Positions 26,060 to 41,497 of a DNA stretch of 64,000 nucleotides are shown one piece after another; position 1 is the stretch's first letter; each line of letters starts with the position of its first letter. The notes beneath the pieces are model-generated. The model made no database searches. It saw nothing but the letters and a program-made list of their open reading frames with translations, and was not told the origin of the DNA. The position numbers and the translations under genes were made by a program. Source of the DNA: the human T2T-CHM13v2.0 reference genome, Homo sapiens; NCBI RefSeq assembly GCF_009914755.1, contig NC_060931.1; one strand, 5' to 3'.

Positions 26060-26810
<751 letters not shown>

Positions 26811-27415
26811 GATATCTACATGATATCTGTCAAAATTATCTTTCACAAAAGGAATGTTATCTTAGATTTTATTTTATACAAAGCCTGTCATACTATTGGA
26901 TTACTCAGTTAATTTATTTTGAACCCTCAATTACATTCTGGAAAAGTCACAGTAGACTTGAAATGATGTTAATCAGGGATAGTTTTGGACCTTTGTAGTG
27001 GTCACTTCATGGAATCATTTTTAAAAAAGGAAGCTAAGAAATTTAACCTAGGTATATTTAAACAAGTGCTAAATGTAATTGTAAACAACCTTTTAAAAAG
27101 TTTGCTATACTTTTTTTTAATGTAAATTATGTAAAAGGATATAAGTGAAAACCAAATCTCCCTACCTCTCCTGACCCTCGGCCACCCAGATCTCCTCTGC
27201 AGACAGACACAACCTCAGCCCTTAGCAGTCTCTTCCAGACCTGTTTCATGCACTGAAACCCCGAGCTATGCCTCATTTTTAAAATTGAACATCTTGGAGA
27301 GCTTTCGATATTAGCCACCTCATTCCTTTTTGTGCCTTCATAGTATTCCACAGCAGATTTTAAAAGATATCTTTAAAAAGCAATATAACAATATTGTTTT
27401 TTGTTAGCCATATTA

Positions 27416-27722
<307 letters not shown>

Positions 27723-29421
27723 ATAACAATACTATATATAATAATATAATATATATGCCAATATAGCAATATAATAAGGCTATGTTGTGGAGACCACCTT
27801 CAAGATGAATAAAATCCAGCTGCTCTTATATAATGTGAAAGTGTGACTGTAAGTGGATAAAGTGTCCAGTGGCAGCATTGGACAGGGACTTTACAATTTT
27901 TTTTCTTTCAAAAGATCAAGGAACAAGCAAGCATGATGTGCTGTGGGAAAAAATGTCTTAGATGACTAAAAATCATTTGAAGCTCAAATATACATGCAGA
28001 AAAATTGAAGTTGTTCCATGAAATCGAGTTGAAGAAAGCAATATTTCTAAATTTGTGTATTATTTTAAGCATGAGTTTTAATTTGTACAAATAACTGAAT
28101 TAATGAATTCAGGTATATATGCCTATTTGAATTAAGTGTTATGAGTAAATATCTGACCATTTCCTTTATGTTATGAAAAGTTTTTATATTCAGAAATCTT
28201 TTGGGGGAAGATCTCATCAGGAAAATGCACACTGCCTTCTGCAGGGGGTTGCTTGGGGGGGGCCTCAATATTTAGCAGCCCTGAACAAACAAATCAAACA
28301 TTGCAGAGCAGGTCCAGGCTGAAGTGGCACTTTCATTAGTAAGGGCAGGCAGGAAGGCTATTAGCCATGTGTGCTTGCTAACCACTGAGCCCCCAAATTA
28401 AGCAGGTTTAACTGTCCTCCAGGTGCTGCAGAGCTAGACCACCAGGAAGGCAACTGTGTACCAACTGGACAGTGCTCCTACGGGCTGGCACAAAGCCAAG
28501 AGACAAATTGCTCCCACCTCCCCAGGGAGAAAATATAGGACAAGATAGAGGACAGGAGTTCACCTACTGAGTTTCCCTCACAGGCCAGGAGTGTGTTTTG
28601 GCATAAAGCATGTCCTCATTTAGACTAATTCTCGGCACATATATGGGACATGTAGGTAATTCCCTGGCACATAAAGGGTGCGCTTGTTTCCTTAAGGAAG
28701 GAAGAATGGCTTCACCACAACTGCTGGCACCCACATGCTGCCTTAGAACTTTTGAGTCACGTCAAACAGCTTCAATCACAGGGTCTGGGTAGGAGAATGC
28801 AGCTGCTAGGCGACTGAGAATTGAAGGCGTCCTTGAGCTTTCCACCAGGAGAGCGCTTACTGAGTGTCTAGCCCCGTCTCTATATTCACAGATGGGAAAA
28901 CCGAGGCCCATGTGGGTCAAGGTTGAGGGAGTAGCCCCAAATCACCCAGAACTGAGAGTGGAGCTGGGGCAAGAAACCCACTGTCATCTTTCAGGTTCTT
29001 CTTGGTTATTGACAAGAGCACGGTTTTCTGCCTTGTTCTCATCCTTCCCCTCTCTAGAGCTCCCTCCTTCACGTGTGGAGGTACAGTCGGTAGCCCTCTG
29101 ATAGTCCAGTTCCACTGCAGTGGGCTCTGATTTCAGCCTGTAAGACAAACAAGGATGTGGCAAGCATGGGCCAGAGTGACTGGCTGCCGACATGCCCATT
29201 CTTGATATGAATTACTACAATTATATTAACCGCACCAATTGTTATGGATGGTGCCAGTTGTGAGAAATGACTGTGCTAGATCAGAGAGCCCATTTGTTGC
29301 CAGGCCAGCACTGAGCACTGTATCTCTATAAATAGAGATCAATAGTATCTCTATTGACAATGAAATCTGGGGAAGAGTTGCAGGTAGTACCTGATATGCA
29401 GAGGATCCTTGAGGAAGAACA

Positions 29422-29479
29422 GGGAGGGACAGAAAGAGGGAGGGAGGAGAGAAGGATGGGAGGGAGAGAGGGAGGGGGG
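29422..29479 (+). repeat. GA-rich polypurine tract
   Basis: gggagggacagaaagagggagggaggagagaaggatgggagggagagagggagggggg. Confidence 0.8.
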
Positions 29480-29689
29480 CATCTCAGTTAGTGAGATTTT
29501 ACTTTATTTGTTCTAAAAGGTGGCAGAAAATTAAATAATGTCATGAGTTTTTTCTAATTCTCTAGTGCTGTTTTCTACAATGTTCAAACCATGTTCTATC
29601 ATTGAAGCAGACCAGACATGAGAAAGAACTGAAAATTTCACTTTAGCTTCTGTACTGCTGATTCCTCCTATGGGACTAGGGTCATAGGG

Positions 29690-30035
29690 AGAAAAATCAA
29701 TGGACTCCAGAGCCAAACAGATCTGGATTTGAATTCTACCTTTTCACCAACCATGTGGCCTTGGGAAAGTGACTATAATCTCTTTTAGTTCCCTCATTTC
29801 TAAGAGATAAAAACATACCTTCAGGGACCTCTGTTCCATGCTTCCTGGGCACCCTGAACTTTGTCTTTCAGAACGCTTTTTGTAGTTTCTTACAATCACT
29901 TGTTTGATGTTCATTTGCCTTTGTTGCTGGACTGAAGGCACCTTGAAAGCAGTGACTGGATCTGCCTTGGTCACAGCTATATCTTTATCCTGTGGTACAG
30001 TGCCTGGCACATAAGTATTTGCTGAAAGAATGAAT
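29690..30035 (+). mobile_element. MIR fragment followed by an L2 3' end
   Basis: ctggatttgaattctacc...tgtggccttgggaaagtgact; then acagtgcctggcacataagtatttgctgaaagaatgaatg. Confidence 0.75.
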
Positions 30036-30105
30036 GGGTAGATGGATGAGGGGATGGCTGGATGGCTGGATGGTTAGATGGATGGATGAACAGATGAATG
30101 GATGG
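30035..30105 (+). repeat. Degenerate (GGAT)n microsatellite grown from the L2 tail
   Basis: gatggatgaggggatggctggatggctggatggttagatggatggatgaacagatgaatggatgga. Confidence 0.8.
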
Positions 30106-31299
30106 AGAGATTATTCAGGAAAGTTATAAAGATCCCAGATAATGTATGGAAGGGGACTATCCCAGAATCTGGAATAACCAGGCACTTAAAAATTCCTTTC
30201 CACTTGTAGTGGAGGACCTCAGCTTCTCTTCCATCTCTACTTCAGGACTACTTGACTCCGAATATACTATGGCCAAAAAAATATTTCTTGGCTTGCCAGT
30301 AATAACAATGCCAGGGCCATGATCTATGGGTTGCTTTAATGAGAGGTTTGTCTGTCATTGCCACAACCATCATATATCTGAAGAGACACAAATGCCCACA
30401 GTGAACTCAAGATGCACCAAAAAATATATCATTATAGTAGGAGAAAATGCTGGCTCTTCTAAATGGAAAGAGTGGAGAGCTGACTGGGGATATATCTAAA
30501 TTTTCTCCTTGTCTAAGAGCTAACCTCTTCAGGAAGGAGATGAATAAAAGAATAACTATTAAGAAATAACTGAGTAAAATAATCTTCTCCCTCCATTCTA
30601 GCAGCACTTTAGGTCTGATCTTGCCCTTATAACACTCCGCTTTCTACCTTGTGTTATGGTGATATGTACATGTGGCCAGGGGCCGGATACCCAGCAGGCA
30701 GTCAGTTAGTGCTCATTGGATGAATGAATAAGTTGATGTCTTATTTCTTCTCCTAACTGATTCCTGTGGTTAGATTCTGCATCTTGCCTTTATATCTGCA
30801 CCCATGTCTAGTGCACTATTTTGTGCCAGTTAGGGCGTAAGCTCTGGGTAAATATTTGTTGGATGAATAAATGAATACCCAAAAGGGCTTCTTCTGGAGG
30901 AAGGCCAGGAAAACATTCCTTTGATGAAAATAATTTGTAAAGAGGCAGGGAGCTACTGGAAGGCAAATGTCTGGGGAGGAGAGACAGGCCTCTAGGTTGA
31001 ATAGAAGTAGTGGTGGTGAGGTTGTCTCCAAAGAAAGCAGGGGAGGAAGTGTGTGAATAATAAAAGAGGAAATTGTCCACCAGGAAAGCATCTCCAGCTG
31101 GCTGTGATAAATCTGCATTTTGTACCAGCAAGTAGGGAGAGTGCCTTGGGAGAGAGGGAGATCAGGGACATGGCCAGTGGTTTGGCAAAGGTAATGACGA
31201 TGATAACCAAATTGAAGCTCCTGTGTCTTTTCTTTCCCTCAACCCCTTGTCTCCCTGTATTGCCACCATTTGCTTTCATTTCTCCATCAAACCTCCCTC

Positions 31300-32380
31300 T
31301 TACAAGCTCTATTTTCTCAATTTCTACTTGACCTTCACATCACTTGCCTGTGGCTTCCACCCATACCCCATTGCAAGGTCATCAGAAACCCCCATGTTGC
31401 TGCAGCAACAGCTCTCTCCATGTGTATCTCACTGGAGCAGCTGCTGCCTCTGTTAACCACTTCCCCCTTTTTAAATGTCTTGTGCTTTGCCTTTCATGTC
31501 GCCCCATCTTGGGGTTTCTCTCCTATCGCTCTGGTCTCTGCCTCTTTCCCTCTTCTTCTCATCCCTTCAGTGCTGGTGGTCCTCAGGGGCTCTGTCAAAG
31601 CCTTCCCTCCCCCACTCTCATGTTCCCCCTGAGTCATGTCATCTACTTTAGTGGCTACGGCTGCCATATGTATGCTGGGGTTTCCATTCCTGGATCTCCA
31701 GTCCAGGCCTCTTTTCTGAACTGCAGGTCTCTTAGAGATGTTCACTTGGCCATTCCTCAGCCATCGCTTTCCAGCAGCAAAAGCTGAGAGCCTTGCTGTC
31801 TGCCAGGCCTGCTTCTCCCCTGGTCTGCCCCTTTCTGTGAATGGCATCACTACCCATCCAGATGCTTAAGCCAAAAACCATTCATCTTCCTCTGCCCAAG
31901 CCAGAAGTCATGTTCCCTCCTTTCCTTCCCTGTCCATGTCCAGCTTGTCATCAAGGCCTGTAGATTCTGTCTTCTCCGTGTCCTTCAAGTCCATCCCATT
32001 TTCTCCGTCTCCACTGCCACCATTCAAGTTCAGATCATTAATGTCACCTTCCTCGGTTACTGGACAGTCCCTTGATTGGTCTCACTGCCTCTTCTCTTCT
32101 CTTTCTCCCATCTTCTCGTCCTCCAGTCCACTTTCACTCTCAACTGCAATGATCCTTCTCAAATACAGTCTGGACTCTGTATTATCCCCGCTTGCATTTT
32201 CCCTGCCCTTTAGAAGAGGTAAGTCCTTAGCATGGTTGTAAAACGCTTAATTATCTGGCCCCTACTTACTTCTTTAATATAATCCCTCACCCCTCCAAAA
32301 CACCCTCTGGCCACCCATCCAGACACAACAGAGCCTGTTTCAGCCAGCAAGCTGAGACACTTCTGGCTCTCAGTGCCATG
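31300..32380 (+). mobile_element. L2 ORF2 3' region fragment including reverse-transcriptase remnants
   Basis: Pyrimidine-rich L2-like sequence: tggtggtcctcaggggctctgtc, ccatatgtatgctgg, tctgtgaatggcatcactacccatccagatgcttaagccaaaaacc. Confidence 0.8.
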
Positions 32381-33109
32381 TCCTGTCTTGTCTCTGGTTC
32401 CTGCAGGCCACACCTCAGCTTGTGTATCCTCCAAGAGCCTATCCATCCACATAGACACTCCTTACTGTGGGTTTCTGCAGTAGATGTCCAGGCAATAGCC
32501 TATCTGCTTGACTGGGCTCCACGTGCTGTGGTAACAGAACTTACTCTTCTCTTTGTCTTTGGGGACTTTAGGCCTTGCTCTTAGGTTTCACTCCTCTGAG
32601 ACTGCTCTTGAATGACCCTGGACAGATCTACTCAAGGCAGAGGTGATCCGTCAAGGTGTGGGAAGAGCCTGACTGCCCCTGCCCCATGCAGCCTTCCAAA
32701 GGCTGAGGAGTCCTACCACCATCAATGCTCCTTGTATGCATCCTCTTGCTATGTTACAGTTGCCTTGTTATTTGTTTGGGACCCTCAAAAGAATGCAAGT
32801 TTTGGGTTTCTGTCTTTTACTTGTCCAACACTTTGAGCACCTGCTGTGTCCTGGGATACAGCAGTCATGGCCACTTCAGTTGTGCCATTTGTGCCTAGCT
32901 GAGAGGGCAAGTGGGGGCTGAACACAGCCTGGGCTCCCCTCTCCAGGCCACATGCTCTGGCTTGGGGCTCTGTCCCTCAGAGGAAACATCTTCTCTACAC
33001 ACAGGTGCTGTCTAATTGCCAAGCTGTACACCTGCCTGAAAAAGACAGCTTTTTCTAATTCACAAAAAGTACCCAACAGGCTAAGGCTGACCCACACATT
33101 GGAGGACAA

Positions 33110-33520
33110 GATAAATAGGTTCCTACTCTCACAGTGCTATCTGTCTAGCATGGGAAGACAAAACGTAAACAAAGAAATATATAACCACACAGCAAAACGT
33201 TTCGGATGGTGAAAAGGCTCTACAGAGAATTGAAGAGAGTATCTGGGGAAATGCTGTAGGTTGGTGGGTCCAGGAAGATGTCTCTGAGGAGCCAGAGCAT
33301 TTACGCTGAGATCCCATGATAAGGAAGCCAGCAGTGTGCACGCAAGAGGGAAGAGACTGCATGACATCCCTAAGACTGGTATGGTCTTGGTGTGTTCGAG
33401 GAGCAAAAGAAAAGCCAGAGTGGATGAGGGCTAAAGGGCAAGAGGAGAGACAAATGCGATGACCAGGGGATGCTGACCGGGGGCCAGATCGTGCAGAGTT
33501 TCGTAAGGCCTCTCTACCTG
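33110..33520 (-). mobile_element. L2 fragment
   Basis: ttcctactctcacagtgctatctgtctagcatggga...ggtgtgttcgaggagcaaaagaaaagccagagtgg...ggggccagatcgtgcagag. Confidence 0.7.
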
Positions 33521-34959
33521 TTCACCGTATTGTGCCCGAGGACTGGCTCGTTGCATTTATCCAATAAGTACCTGTTGAATGGGAGAATCTCATCATGCCT
33601 CTGTGTACAGAATAAGTAGCTCAAGACAGAAGCTCCATGTGGCCCCGGTGCCCTCTAGTGACCACAGGCTCCAGCCCAAGGCCCTCCATGGCTTCATCAT
33701 CTTCAGAAAGTCACTTACTTCCCTTGTCTTTGGGGCCCAGCCTCAGGGTCCAGCAGTAATTCCTGGAATTTGTCTTACTAACTATTCTCTGCAAGTGGGA
33801 CTCAAGCAGTTAGAAAAATCCGTGCTATGAGTTTCATAGTCAGACTGACAGCAGGCCTTCATCCCTTACCCAAGCAGAGTTTCCAAAGAGAATACATGGA
33901 TGTCTAATTTCTCAGGGGAGTGCAGGGAACCAGCATTAGCAAGCAAGGTCTCTAACAGCCTTCAGATCTGGGTGTTTTGCAGCAGTTAGGATGACCTCCA
34001 GGTAGTCTCGCAGCTCAGGCCTGGCACCATTTGGCCGTGCTGGCCTGACAAGATCATAGCTACAGGCTGTACACTCTGTCCATGAGGACGTGCTGCTGAG
34101 GACCCAAGTGTGGGCATAATGTATGTATCAAAGACATATTGTAGCATGTGCACAGACACAACATCCCACTCCTGCTGTTGTTGTTTGCTTTCATTTGGAT
34201 CCCAACCCATTCTGGGCCCATTAAGCTAATCACCCAACAAATTCTGAACTGTCATCTCATCGTGAGGCTGTTCCATGCTTGACTGAAAAACCTGCTTTCA
34301 CCCAACTTCCCTGGAAAAAGCCTACTGCAGCCCATTTACAAATGTATGCATCAGTAAATCAAAAGTGACAGCACAGATCTGGCTTTTCTGGGAGAGGGGA
34401 TGGCAGAGGGAGAAACCCAGTCCTTCCCCTCTGTTTCTTAAATGATGCCATATACACAGCTTTATTTGAAATGTTCTTTAAAAATAGGTCATCTTCAACT
34501 TCCTTGATAGCTCATTCTCTACATCGGTGAAACTTTGGCTCCTTTCATTTTCCAAAGCCTCTACCTGTGTTTTTCTATGAGTCGAGTCATCCTCCACTGA
34601 GCCGAGTGAAGGAATCTGGCTCTCCCAGATGTTTGCAGGTATTTCCTCTTCAGTTGTCACTTAGCCAAGTGGAGCACATGTGTTCTTTAATTTTTCTTCA
34701 TTAATCAGTCTCCAAATTCCTTTACACTTGCTCCTCAGGTGATTCCATCAAATCAACATATTTCTGGAGCTAAAAACGCCTGGAAGAATACAGCCTTCCA
34801 GCTGCAGCCATCCAAACGTGTGGATTCGCGTATGTTCCCTGCACTCCATGGCCATATGTTTCCACAGGTTCACTTCCAGGAGCGTTCTGTGTCTCCATTT
34901 GCTTCCCTGCAAATGCATACTTAGTCTCATCTGTGAGTTTTCTAACTGAGTCTTAAGGC

Positions 34960-35950
34960 ATCAAAAATTAAGAGCATATTGATAACAGCCCAGTGTTGGT
35001 GAGGGAGGGTGTGGGGAAATGGGCATTCTTGTACCCGTTGCTGAGAATTTCAATTGACCTAACTTATTTTGAAGGCCATTTTAAAATAAAATGACCTTTT
35101 AAAATAAAAAATACAGAGACCCTTCACCCAGCAGTTCAACTTCCCTGAATCTATACTGCACCTGTATCAGTGTGGCATTGTTTATAGTGGACTGTATCAG
35201 TCCATTTCCACACTGCTATAAAGAATGCCTGAGACTGGGTAATTTATAAAGGAAAGAGGTGTAATTGACTCACAGATCTGCATGGCTGGGGAGGCCTCAG
35301 GAAACTTACAATCATGGTGGAAGGCGGAGGGGAAGCAGGCACCTTCTTCACAAGGTGGCAAGGGAGAGAGAGAGCAAAGAAAGAAGTGCCACTTTTAAGC
35401 CATCAAATCTCGTGAAAACTCACTCACTATCATCAGAACAGCATGGGGGAAACCACCCCCATGATCCAATCACCTCCTACCGGGGTCCCTCCCTCAACAC
35501 GTAAGGATTACAGTTTTCAAGATGAAACTTGAATTGACGCAGACCGAAACCATATCATAGCCCAAAGTGGAAAATAGTCTAAATGTCCATCAATTAGAAA
35601 TTATTACATAAATGAATTAAGTATATTTTGCTATACTCATGTAATGGAAGTCCAAGCAACAGTTATAAAAAGAAAATAACATAGATCTATGTGCGCTGAC
35701 ATGGATAGATGCTAAAACAATATCATGAAATTCAAACAGCAAATTGCAGAACAGTATGTATGGTATGAAACCATTTTTGTAAATTTTTATTCTAGCTATT
35801 CACAGAACAAAATCTGGAAGGATTCACACAAATCTCTTAATGGTGCTTTTTTTTCTCCCTCAGGTTGGGAACTTTCTACAGTGTACATGTTTAAATTATT
35901 GGACTTTTTCTGTTTTTCAGCAATGGTGTATTTAAAGTTCAGTAAAAACA
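34960..35950 (+). mobile_element. Old L1 (L1ME/L1MC-like) fragment hosting a MaLR LTR
   Basis: cagtgttggtgaggg...ggggaaatgggcattctt; gcattgtttatag [LTR] tagcccaaagtggaaaatagtctaaatgtccatcaa; gatctatgtgcgctgacatgga. Confidence 0.7.
35193..35557 (-). mobile_element. THE1C/THE1D-like (ERVL-MaLR) solo LTR
   Basis: tgtatcagtccatttccacactgctataaagaatgcctgagactgggtaatttataaaggaaagagg...gaggcctcaggaaacttacaatcatgg...aaccatatca; about 365 bp, TG...CA. Confidence 0.92.
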
Positions 35951-36639
35951 ACGGAGGTATTACTTTATTTTTGCTGTGCTCTTGAACCAGGAAGATGAGC
36001 TTTTATGCCACCTATTCCCTATTGCCCCGATTGTTCCCTAGTCTTTCTCAGACATGGAGGAGCTTTCTGTAGGCTAATCCCAGAATTCTTTGTTTTCCCT
36101 CAAAGACCAGAACAGCAGCATCATCTTTTTGGGGTTTAGTTAAAACTTTAGCACGTAAGGTTTTCTTAAGGTGGCTTTCAAGTCTTAACCTGCACTTCCA
36201 GGCCCCTTTAACCCGCTTTTCTTTCCTCTTCTTTTCTTTTCTTAACATGTTCAGATTCTTTATGGATTATTTCAACGGTCTTATTACCCATTTTTTAAAG
36301 GTTTTGATCATTTTCTAAGCATCTGTATCTTCCCCCTCCTTCCCCATCCTTTCATGAGAGGAGACACCTGTTTCCCAGCCTGCTTAGAATTACTCGTTGA
36401 TATTTGTTTCACAGAATTTTTAAAAGAGGGCCAAAGGAATCGGACATGACCTTTTGCAGCAGAAATAACTGTCTTTTGTCTCACTCCTAGCTCTTCCTGC
36501 ACGAATACTGTACATGCTGTGTGTGTTATTACAACAGTTATTTTTGTTGGGTCTTTTTATATCTACTTTATTTTTGAGGTGGTGATTTATTTAGTCAGTG
36601 TACTTTTAAAAAAAACTAGCACTCCTACAAATTTATTTC

Positions 36640-37560
36640 TCATTATTTTTAATTTTTATATAAGCAATATATACAGAAAATTGTAAAATACAAGTAAGCA
36701 GAAGAAGAAAATAGAAATCACAAGTATTTTTACTATCAGGTATAGCAAGCCTTAATAATTGGGTTTATTGCCTCCTTGATAATTTCTACATATATGAATA
36801 TTTACCTTTTCTTAAAAATGAGATTATATTTAATAAATTATTTTATAACCTGATTTGTTAATACTTAACAATGTAGCATAAGTAGTTTCTTATCATTAAA
36901 TGTAGATAATAACAGCAAGTTTAGCATTTACTGTATGCCAGGCATGAGACTACACATTGTATGTTATTTTTTCTCCTAATTTATCTTACGTCCACCCTTC
37001 AGTAGGAAATTTTCTTATGGCACTCTTTATCTGGAGTAATCTCTCTTTTGTTGTTGTCGTTCTGTTAGTCTCTTCTTTTTTAGCTTTCTCCTACACATGG
37101 CTTTCATGAAGTGAAACATATTTGTGATTTTTTGTTTACAGATTAAGCATTATAAATATTAACCCATCCAGTGCTCATGACAATGCTGTATGTTGGGTGA
37201 TATTATTACTCTCATTGTATAGATTTTAAAAACTGAGATACAGAGAAGATAACTTGCTTAAGGTCACACAGCTAGTAAGTGACAGAGCTGGGTTTTAAAC
37301 CTAAGCAATCTAGTTCCGGAGGCTATGCTCTCAACCGCAAACTCTCATTTTCATGACTAAATCTATGATAATTATTTCACCACTCCCTTCTTTCTGTGCT
37401 TTTAGGTTTACACTTACACACAGCAGAGCGATGAACATCTTGTTCATCTATATCTTTGTACATGTGTTCAGTTACTACCTTAGGCTAGATTCCCATGAAT
37501 AGAATTGCTGAGTCAAAAGGTTGACACATTTTTTAAAGGTTAGATACATATTAGTCAAAG
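36640..37560 (-). mobile_element. Old L1 fragments with a nested MIR (about 36905-37335)
   Basis: gatgaacatcttgttcat...tagattcccatgaatagaattgctgagtcaaaagg (L1); aaactgagatacagagaagataacttgcttaaggtcacacagctagtaagtgacagagctggg (MIR). Confidence 0.7.
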
Positions 37561-38559
37561 TTTTTAAGCAATATGCTTTCTAAGCCTCTTTGATCTTTAT
37601 AATTCATTGTTCCTTTCTAAAAATATATAACTGTCTTCTGCGTTCAAGGATAATTTTTTTTATTAATATGGGGCTTCTTGTTCTACTTCCTCCCCTTTCG
37701 TTATTTCTTCAAAATGTTTAACAAACTAATACATTTCCAGAACACATTATGCTTCATCTTGTCACTATTTCCAGTACCTTGTATCTCCTGGACTTTATGC
37801 AATGCGTGTGTGTGCACAGATGGAATATGTTCCACCATTTGGCTTAATGACAATTTTTCACACCACTAATTTTCTTTCTTTATTTTATTTTTTCTTTTAA
37901 GCCTCACAAGAATTCAAGTAACATATATAATAGTTTTGTTTTCTTGATTTCAATATATGTAAATTTGGGGGGACTGCCTGGCAAGGATGAATGATGTGTC
38001 AGAGGTCTAGAAGACAAAGCTCTCACCTCTGCCTCTAACTTGTTTTATGACCTTGAGGAAACCACTTAATCATTCTGCATTTCATTTTCCTCATTTGCCA
38101 AATGACAAAGTGAACTAAATGACCTTGAAAACCTATTTTTTTTTTAAGTGTCAGCCTATCCAAGACGCAAGTTGATCTTTGAAAAGTATTGTTTGAAATT
38201 AGGGCAAATATGTGTGTGTGTTGGTGGGGCAGAGTTGGAGGCACTAAAGATTAGTTTCAACATATTAAAAATGTTTTGTGCTCTGACGCTTGACCAAGGC
38301 CTCCTGACAGTGTGCTTTAGTGGTTTGTGAAACATATTTCTAAGGCCAAGGTAATTATAGTTGTTCCACTGAAGCATGACAAATGGCCCCTCACTTTGAA
38401 TTCTTTTATGGGAAAGAAAAACCTTCCATGACAACAGCCCTGGAACTTAATGACAGGCTCCAGATCTGAGGGCAAGAATAGAGACAGACATTAGCTGCAG
38501 TGAAGAGAGAGAAGACAACAGCACGGGCTCACCTGGGAAGGATCAGGGCGAGGTGATGT

Positions 38560-39135
<576 letters not shown>

Positions 39136-39139
39136 TGAG

Positions 39140-39735
39140 AGTTCATTCATTCATTTAATACATTTGTTTTGTTTTGTTTTGAATGCCTGTTACACGTCAG
39201 GCACCTGTCTAAAGGCTGGTGACGCAGAAGTGAATGAAGCAAAATTCTTGCTTTTATGGAGTTTGGCTAATAGAGGATGAGAGCAGTCATAACAAACCAA
39301 CAAATCAATAAATAATTTCAGAGGGTAATAGTGCCGTGAAGAAAAATCAGCTCTCTGTGAGGAGAGTGACTGGCGTAGGGGGAAGGCCACTTTACAGGAA
39401 CCTGGCAGGTAGAGCCCCTGAGTGATGACATCAAGCTGAGCCCTATGCGATGGAGCCAGTGAGCCATGCAGCGATCTATTGGAGGGCATTTTACCTGCAG
39501 AGTCCATCAGAGCAAAGGTCAAGGACTCGAAAGAGCTTGGCTTGTTTTAGGAACAGAGAGAAAGCCAGTGTAGTTGGATGATAAGTGAAAAAAGGGAAAA
39601 ATTGTCTTCGGTGGAGTCAGAGAGGCAGGCAGGCTCCCAGTGATGCAGGACCCATGGGCCACAGTAGGATGCTTGGAATTTATTCCATGTGCAGGGAAGA
39701 CCTTGGAGGATTTTACACCAGGAAGTGTTGTGATC
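39140..39735 (-). mobile_element. L2 3' fragment
   Basis: ttcattcattcatttaatacattt...ttgaatgcctgttacacgtcaggcac...tttatggagttt...aggaacagagagaaagccagtgtagttgga. Confidence 0.8.
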
Positions 39736-40111
39736 TCCAGTCTCTGCAGGCAGACTTCTTCCTCTAGGTTATGTTGCCAACAAGGAGCATCTGGAACAGA
39801 CTGGGTTGTTTACGTAGCCCACAGCCTAAAGGAGTGTTAACTTAGGGGCCAGTGTTTCAGATGAAACAAAACTCTAGGGTTTCCACAGAACAACAAGACT
39901 GAAATGGACAGTGAGAGGTCACCTTAGCTGAACTTCTGACTTTAGGTAAGAAGACCTTAGATCCAAGTGGAGCATCTGGACTATACTAAAGATCTGCAGA
40001 AAGGGGAACTTCATCTTCTGTCTTGAGACCTTCCCCGAGTATATAGAAGGCGGTGCTCTAGATACTGAACTTGCTTGACCACTTCTTGGTCTGGAGGTTG
40101 TGCTTGCGTCA

Positions 40112-40664
<553 letters not shown>

Positions 40665-41222
40665 CTAGAATTTGTTTTGTAAACTCATCAACTTGCTTAT
40701 TTTATTTGAATGCTCTTTATAAACTAATACTCATGTTAACCCATTGAAATTGATTTGTGTCACCTATGGGATGAAATTAATTGGTTGTTTGGGTTAAAGC
40801 CTTGCTATTATAAGACACTGTTCTCTTACTTTGACAAAAATATTCAGAGTTCATGAATACATTGATTTAGCAAAACCCAGTTTGAATAACATGGTAAACC
40901 ATCACTAACGCACTGACTGTGTGTGTGCCTAGGTGGCTGACTATCCCTCTGTAGGTTCTTGACAATTCAAGCCTAACAGTACAGATTTGTTTGTGTGAAA
41001 TGAGCATGGGAGGCATTTAGTTGAGCACTGTGATACAGTGGGCCCCAGAGAGCAAGGTAATAATTGTGAAAGAATTCCATTTAAGCTGCACAAGTGAGTA
41101 TGATTTGGGGAAGAAAACCACCCTTGAGTTAGTTTTTATTTATAAAGAGCATATTTGTTTCTCAGGTGGAAAAACATCCTCAAACCACCTTTCTTCGTGA
41201 ATGAGTTCAGAAAAGTCTAACA

Positions 41223-41497
41223 GCCAGGCGCAGTGGCTCACGCCTGTAATCCTAGCACTTTGGGAGGCCAAGGTGGGTGGGTCACTTGAGGTCAGGAGTT
41301 CAAGATGTGCCTGGCCAACATGGCGAAATGCCGTCTCAACCAAAACTATAAAAAATTGGCTGGGTGTGGTGGCGCACACCTGTAATCCAGCTACTCAGGA
41401 GACTGAGGCAGGAGAATCACTTGAACCCAGGATGCGAAGGTTGCAGTGAGCAGCCTGGGTAACAGAACGAGACTCTGTCTCAAAAAAAAAGAAAGAA
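41223..41497 (+). mobile_element. AluS with a deletion of about 22 nt in the right arm
   Basis: ttgcagtgag joined to cagcctggg; TSD agaaaagtctaaca / agaaaagtttaaca. Confidence 0.92.

Noticed and set aside
35265-35504. 79-aa ORF
   Set aside because: Lies entirely inside the THE1-like LTR
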